Shown: in pieces, positions 58,546 to 64,000 of the stretch | Layout: each line of letters begins with the position of its first letter | Position numbering within the stretch: the stretch's first letter is position 1 | DNA from: Mobula hypostoma | Lineage: Eukaryota | Direction of reading: 5' to 3' | Assembly: GCF_963921235.1 (NCBI RefSeq) | Contig: NC_086108.1 | Span: 49,664,001-49,728,000 of the forward strand | Length of the DNA stretch: 64,000 bases | Notes under the pieces: model-generated | What the model was told of the DNA's origin: nothing | The model's database searches: none | The model's input: only the letters and a program-made list of their open reading frames with translations | Made by a program: the position numbers and the translations under genes

Positions 58546-59283
58546 AGGCTGATTTATACTTGTGCATACTAGCTTACGACGTAGCCTATGCAAGTGGGCT
58601 ACGCCATTGTGAGCATTTATACTTGTGTGTTGGTGCGTCGCTCTGCAATTCACCGCCAAAACGCTAGTTGGTGGTGGGGTTTCTATGCCACTATGTTGAG
58701 CTCCTTCATGTTGAGACTCAACACGAAGAAACTCAAACTTCAAACAATGGCGACTGAAACTGAAGGAGGGTGAATTTTCTGTGCTTGTCCGGCCACTGAA
58801 AGACATGGACGAGGAAATGCATTTCAAATATTTTCGGATGTCGGCAGGTAGATTTGACGATTTGGTTCATCGTCTCCAACTATTTATTTTGTATCAGTAT
58901 ACTCAGATACTGGCAATCACCATTCAAGTTTTAGCTTCAGGTGGGAGTCAACAGGCTATAGCAGCTAGCTACAAACTGGCGTCAAGCACAAGGTCCTCCA
59001 TAATTTCGGAGGTCTGTAAAACTTTATGGAAAGCATTGCAGCCAGAGTTCCTTCCCTGCCCTTCAGTCACCCAATGAGAAGCTATTGCAGCATAGGAGGA
59101 AATGTGATACGACCAAGCGAGACCAATCACAGTTGTTTTGGTCTGCGTTGCTGCGATGCACAGTTATGTTTTGGGAGAGGTGCACGTTAGGCTACGGCGT
59201 AGGGTTCAGCGTAGATACGGCGTAGGGTACATGGCTACGCTGTACCTACAGCGTACGTTTGACGTACAAGTATAAATCAGCCT
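58546..59283 (+). mobile_element. PIF/Harbinger deletion derivative (transposase N-terminal HTH region only)
   Basis: TIRs aggctgatttatacttgtgc / gtacaagtataaatcagcct. Flanks tta / tca. ORF 58781-59077 [52 protein letters not shown]. Confidence 0.92.
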
Positions 59284-59867
59284 TCACAGTGTATCATAAA
59301 GGCACAGAGAAATCAAAATAGAGCAATTTTTGTAAATGGGTTACTGAACAATGAGAGAAAGGAGGTGTCATTAGGGACTAATTATTCAACAACATTGAGT
59401 AGGATCTCAACTCAGACAGTTCATCAACCAGAAATGTTTTTATACTCTACGAATTGACTGATTTCCCAGAAGGAGCAACAAGACAGCAATGTATGTGGAG
59501 GGGTAAAAGGGAAAGCTGCGGGTAAGGCAAAAGAAGATTCAAGGATCTCAAAGGTCTTGTTGGATTTTACATCAGCATTCTCATTTCAGCTTTTCCATTC
59601 CCATCTCCTGCCGGACAACAAGTCCTGTCAGGTTGTGGCGCCGCTATGCCAGTGGCAGAAGAATGCAGCTGGAGACTGTTATCTGCACATGTAGTTTGAG
59701 GAGGGTAAAGGAGGCATTTGTCTTACTAGCAATTGGGACTGAGGGGCTTTTGGAGAGGTGGAGACAGTGGAGCAGAGAATGGAAAGGTTATCGTCTTTGA
59801 AGGACAGAAAACAGGTTTTCCTTTTCCATGAACATTTCCAGGAACCAAACCAGCTATTGATATTTCC

Positions 59868-61391
59868 TCACAAACAAGAGAAAATCTGCAGGTGCTGGAA
59901 ATCCAAGCAACTCACACAAAATGCTGGAGGAACTCAGCAGGCCAGGCAGCACCTACGGAAAAAAGTGCAGCCGATATTTCAGTCCGAGACCCTTCATCAA
60001 GACTGGAGGAAAAAATATGAGTCGGAGTTAGAAGCTGGGGGAGGAGAGGAAGAAACACAAGGCGATAGGTGAAAGTGGGAGGGGGTTGCAGTAAAGAGCT
60101 TGGAAGTTGATTGGTGAAAGAGAAACAGGGCTGGAGAAGGGGGAATCTAATAGGAGAGGACAGAAGGCCATGGAAGAAAGAAAAGGGGGAAGGAGCAGCA
60201 GAGGGAGTTGATGGGCAGACAAAGAGATAAGAAGAGAGAGGGAAATAGGAATGGGGAACGGTGAAGGGGGAGTGGGGGGATTACCAGAAGTTCGAGAGAT
60301 TGATGTTCATGCCATCAGGTTGGAGGCTGCCCAGATGGAATATAAGGTGTTGCTCCTCCAACCTGAGTGTGGCCTCATCGCGGCAGTAGAGGAGGTCATG
60401 GACTGACATATTGGAATGGAAATGGGAAGTGAAATTTAAATGGTTGGCCACAGGGAGATCACACTTTTTCTAGCAGATGGAGCATAGGTGCCTGACAAAG
60501 TGGTCTCCCAATCTACGTTGAGTCTCACTGATATACAGGAGGCCACACTGGGAGCACCAGACACAGTATATGAGCCCAAAAGACTCACAGGTGAAATGTC
60601 ATCTCAGCTGGAAGGAGTGTTTAGGGCCCTGAATTATAGTGAGGGAGGAGGTGTAGGGGCAGATGTAGCATTTGCTCCGCTTGCAAGGATAAGTGCCAGG
60701 AGGGAGATCAGTGGGGAGGGATGAATGGACAAGTGTAGAGAGCAATCCCTGTGGGAAGCAGAAAGTCGAGGGGCAGGGAAAGATGTGCTTGATGGTGGGA
60801 TCCCATTGGAAATGCTCTGTCTCTATCTCTAGAGACAGCTTATCTACTGATGTCTATTATAAACCCACTGACTCTCACAACTTCTGGATTATATCTCTTC
60901 CCACCCAGTCACCTGAAAAAACACCACCCCCTTCTCTCAATTCCTCTGTCTCCACTGCTTCTGCTCTCCATATGATGCTTTTCAGTCCAAACGAAGGAGA
61001 TGTCCTCCTTCTTCAAAGGAAGGGCCTTCCCTTCCTCACCTATCAACCGCATCTCTTCCATTTCACACACATCTACCCTCATTCCATCCTCCCGCCACAC
61101 TACCAGGGATAGAGTTCCTCTTGTCCTCACCTACCACCCTACCAGCCTCTGCATCCGGCACATAACTTGCTGTAACTTCCGCCATCTCCAACGGGATCCC
61201 ACCACCAAGCACATCTTTCCCTTCCTCCCACTTCCCGCTTTCTGCTTTCCGCAGGGATCGCTCCCTATACGACTCACTTATCCATTCATCCCTCCCCACT
61301 GATCTCCCTCTTGGCACTTATCCTTGTAAGTAGAACAAGTACTACACCTGCCCTTATACCTCCTCCCTCACTACCATTCAGAGCCCCAAAC
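59868..61391. mobile_element. Penelope-like element with inverted architecture (minus arm 59868-60813, plus arm 60814-61391)
   Basis: Minus arm: terminal repeat, degenerate hammerhead (about 59968-60005), GIY-YIG. Plus arm: RDSLSTDVYYKPTDSH..MSSFFK.R.FPSS..RVPLVLTYHPTSL..RHLQRDPTTKHIFP. Confidence 0.9.
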
Positions 61392-63602
61392 TCCCACTTC
61401 CACTCTTACAAACAGACTTGGCAACATTTTGGCATCAGGATCAATGATATCCTGTTGGACTTTTCATCATAAATAACCTTCATACTTGAAGAATGACCAT
61501 TATAGCCAAGTCCAGAGGTGACAAATTTTTGAGAGTGTGTCTAAATTGGAGATAATCTTCTAAAAAAGATCTCTCAGATGCTTGGTAAGTTTGAACAGAG
61601 ATGATCACTGATCAATGAATCAGTAATAATAACAGACCTTAATTATATACAACTCAAGTTTTGCAGAAATAATAGCCAATCGGTATTCCAATATCATCAC
61701 CACACTCAAAGGGTAATGAAGGGTACACCAGGCAAACTGTACATCACTTTTCAATTTAGAAACAAGAATATGCCAATAATTTTGGCAGCACACTATGGTG
61801 TTCGGTCTAACGACACTAAGATGACATTTAGCATCTTGTATTTAGCTACAAGATTATCCTCCAATGAAATCAATGGAAGCAATTCTGGACATTCCTGCAC
61901 CATGAGATTAGCAGATGCAGAGGATGAATTTCTACTGATCTCCTTGTACTGCAGCCTTCCTGACAGCAGTACAAATTTGAAATTGTGGGTGCCTAATATT
62001 TTTAAGCTATGACAAACTGATGTCTAATTACACTGTCACTCACAGTGAACAAAAACATAATCATCCCATGGACATTTAAGCACCTTGGAGATACATTGCT
62101 CTTGCCAGAATGGTCATCAACACAGTTGAAAATTCAGAGACGTTTCTTCTTTTTTAAAAAGATATGTCACACTTTTGACAGCTATTATTAGTTTCTAATG
62201 TTTGTATAAGACACAAACTGAATGAATCCCTTCTGGCAACACGACTGTAGCATTTACACGAGGTCTCTGATTTACACTTTCATTAAATTGCCTTTTTTCT
62301 CTACTTGCTGCACTAAGAAAATAGATAATGTCAAGAAGGTCTTTTAATTCATGACTCCAATTCTTTAACCAAAGCCTAGAAATTAGATTGTGTAATGATT
62401 TTATTTCATCATTATGCAATGAAGGCTCTTTTAGTTCAAAGATGAGATGTAATAATCATCGTTCAATCTGCAACTGCTGGCCATGTCTTTGCATTGGGCA
62501 CCCATGGATACCTCTGTTCCTCTTGCATTCCATTTATGATATCAGATGGCCCTCTTCCAGAACTGACTACCATTGGACAGTCTTACACAGTACTCGTTTG
62601 GGCTTGTGTCCCTATTTACTCTGAAGCTCTGCTGTCACCTTTCTGACAACCACATGACACAACTCTATTGCTCTTCCCACAAAGGGCCAAGCCTCTACCT
62701 AGCCTCAGTGGAAAACCTGAATTCCATATCTCTCCTTTGGCCACATTCCACCACTCCACCTCAACCTTGCCCATCTAGCTGATTGCTATCTCATTTACAA
62801 GGACTGATCTTGCTTTGCTTATCTTGCATTGTTCCTCATTCCCAACGTTGCCCTTTGGCTTAGAGTTGTTGTCCTCTCACCCTTGCCCCAGACTTGGATA
62901 CAGGGAATACATTTTGGACAATGGAAATGTGCAATGTTCTTTCAGTAAGAGGCCAGACCTTGAGTACCACTGAAATCTGTAGACGGGGTCCATGACAGAA
63001 TCCTTCATGAGTGCTTTGTATAATGACTGTCCAGCCCTCCTAGAATTTCTAGGCATATTATTTCCAGCAGTTGTCATTGGATGATCAGGTGGGGAGCTTG
63101 GACAGTTCCCGTTCTGCAGCACAGGGGTGTGAAAGGAAATTACAACTCTGTATCACCTATTGGTCGAGCTCAGAGCAAAACAGATGTCTGTGGTTTTGTT
63201 TGCACATATTTTTTCCAAAGTACATGGACTTGGACTAGGATGGTAAAACTGGCTTTAAGGGGCCAAATAACTACTTGTGTTGCAATATTCTTCCAGCCCT
63301 CAACAAGTCTCACTCTCACCTTATTGTTCTGCCTCAGCACTTCAGCAGTCCTTGCATTTAGCTCTGAACAAAATACAACATGGATAGGAGGATATGGGAT
63401 AGTCTGCACGCAGTATGTCTCTCTTTAGTGGAGAGAGTGTTGAAAGCCGCTCTCACGGAAGAGGATGAAAGTACAGGCTGAAGCTTCTCTCTCTCTCACG
63501 TAGCAAGTTCACACACAGCATTTTATATCCTGCTCGGCAATGGGGCAGAGTGCCAGGAGGCCCAGAAAGGGAGGAAGCTCAATATGATTCCGAACAAATT
63601 AT

Positions 63603-63707
63603 TCCTGACGAAGGGTCTCGGCCTGAAACGTCTCGACTGCACCTCTTCCTACAGATGCTGCCTGGCCTGCTGCGTTCACCAGCAACTTTGATGTGTGTCG
63701 CTTCAAT
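63603..63707 (+). mobile_element. Solo, roughly 100-bp PLE terminal fragment beginning at the hammerhead core
   Basis: tcCTGACGAagggtctcggcctGAAAcGTCtcgactgcacctcttcctacagatgctgcctggcctgctgcgttcaccagcaactttgatgtgtgt, nearly identical to the reverse complement of 26639-26732. Confidence 0.9.
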
Positions 63708-64000
63708 TAAAAATGGATTGTTTTTAAAAATGGATTTACTTTCTCAGCAGAAATCTGCATTACACAAACTCTTGTTCTCAATGTGCAGTCCAGATGTAAA
63801 ATAGGGAAGCTAGATGTTTTGAGTAAAAGGTTCATGCCGTAAGCTCTGATAACCTCTGACAATTCTCATGACAAGCCACTGGAAGAAAAATAAAAACTAC
63901 ACCACCACCATTTGCACAGCCTACTCTGCCCCGAAGTCTCACTGTGATGAAAATACAACATGACCTACAAAGTTTGTATTTAATTAAAGCCTGGGCACCT

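Noticed and set aside
58781..59077. Domesticated HARBI1/ALP1-like gene
   Set aside because: It lies within TIRs, lacks the DDE domain and is internally deleted.

Overview
Eukaryotic, transposon-saturated genomic DNA, most likely intronic or intergenic sequence from a cartilaginous fish, possibly a ray. The taxon is inferred from the mix of CR1/HER1-type LINEs, HE1/V-SINEs, Rex1/Babar LINEs and Penelope-like elements (PLEs). No host protein-coding gene, rRNA, tRNA gene or CRISPR array can be supported, and nearly all long ORFs are retroelement or transposase remnants. Main contents: (i) a three-tier nest with target-site duplications at both insertion junctions, in which a V-SINE holds a 5.07-kb CR1 LINE (SGNH-esterase ORF1 plus APE-RT ORF2) that in turn holds a PLE (RT plus GIY-YIG); (ii) minimal type-I hammerhead-ribozyme motifs at PLE 3' ends, one with an intact core, plus short solo copies; (iii) a 5.3-kb CpG-rich 29/38-bp minisatellite that grew out of a Rex1 ORF and has 1101/1264-bp higher-order repeats; (iv) DNA transposons: Charlie/Buster hATs, a Harbinger derivative, a Tc1-type palindromic MITE, and a two-copy TIR family with a 6-bp TSD; (v) two decayed Gypsy LTR elements. 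Coordinates of decayed fragments are approximate (tens of bp). Junctions with quoted TSDs were read base by base.
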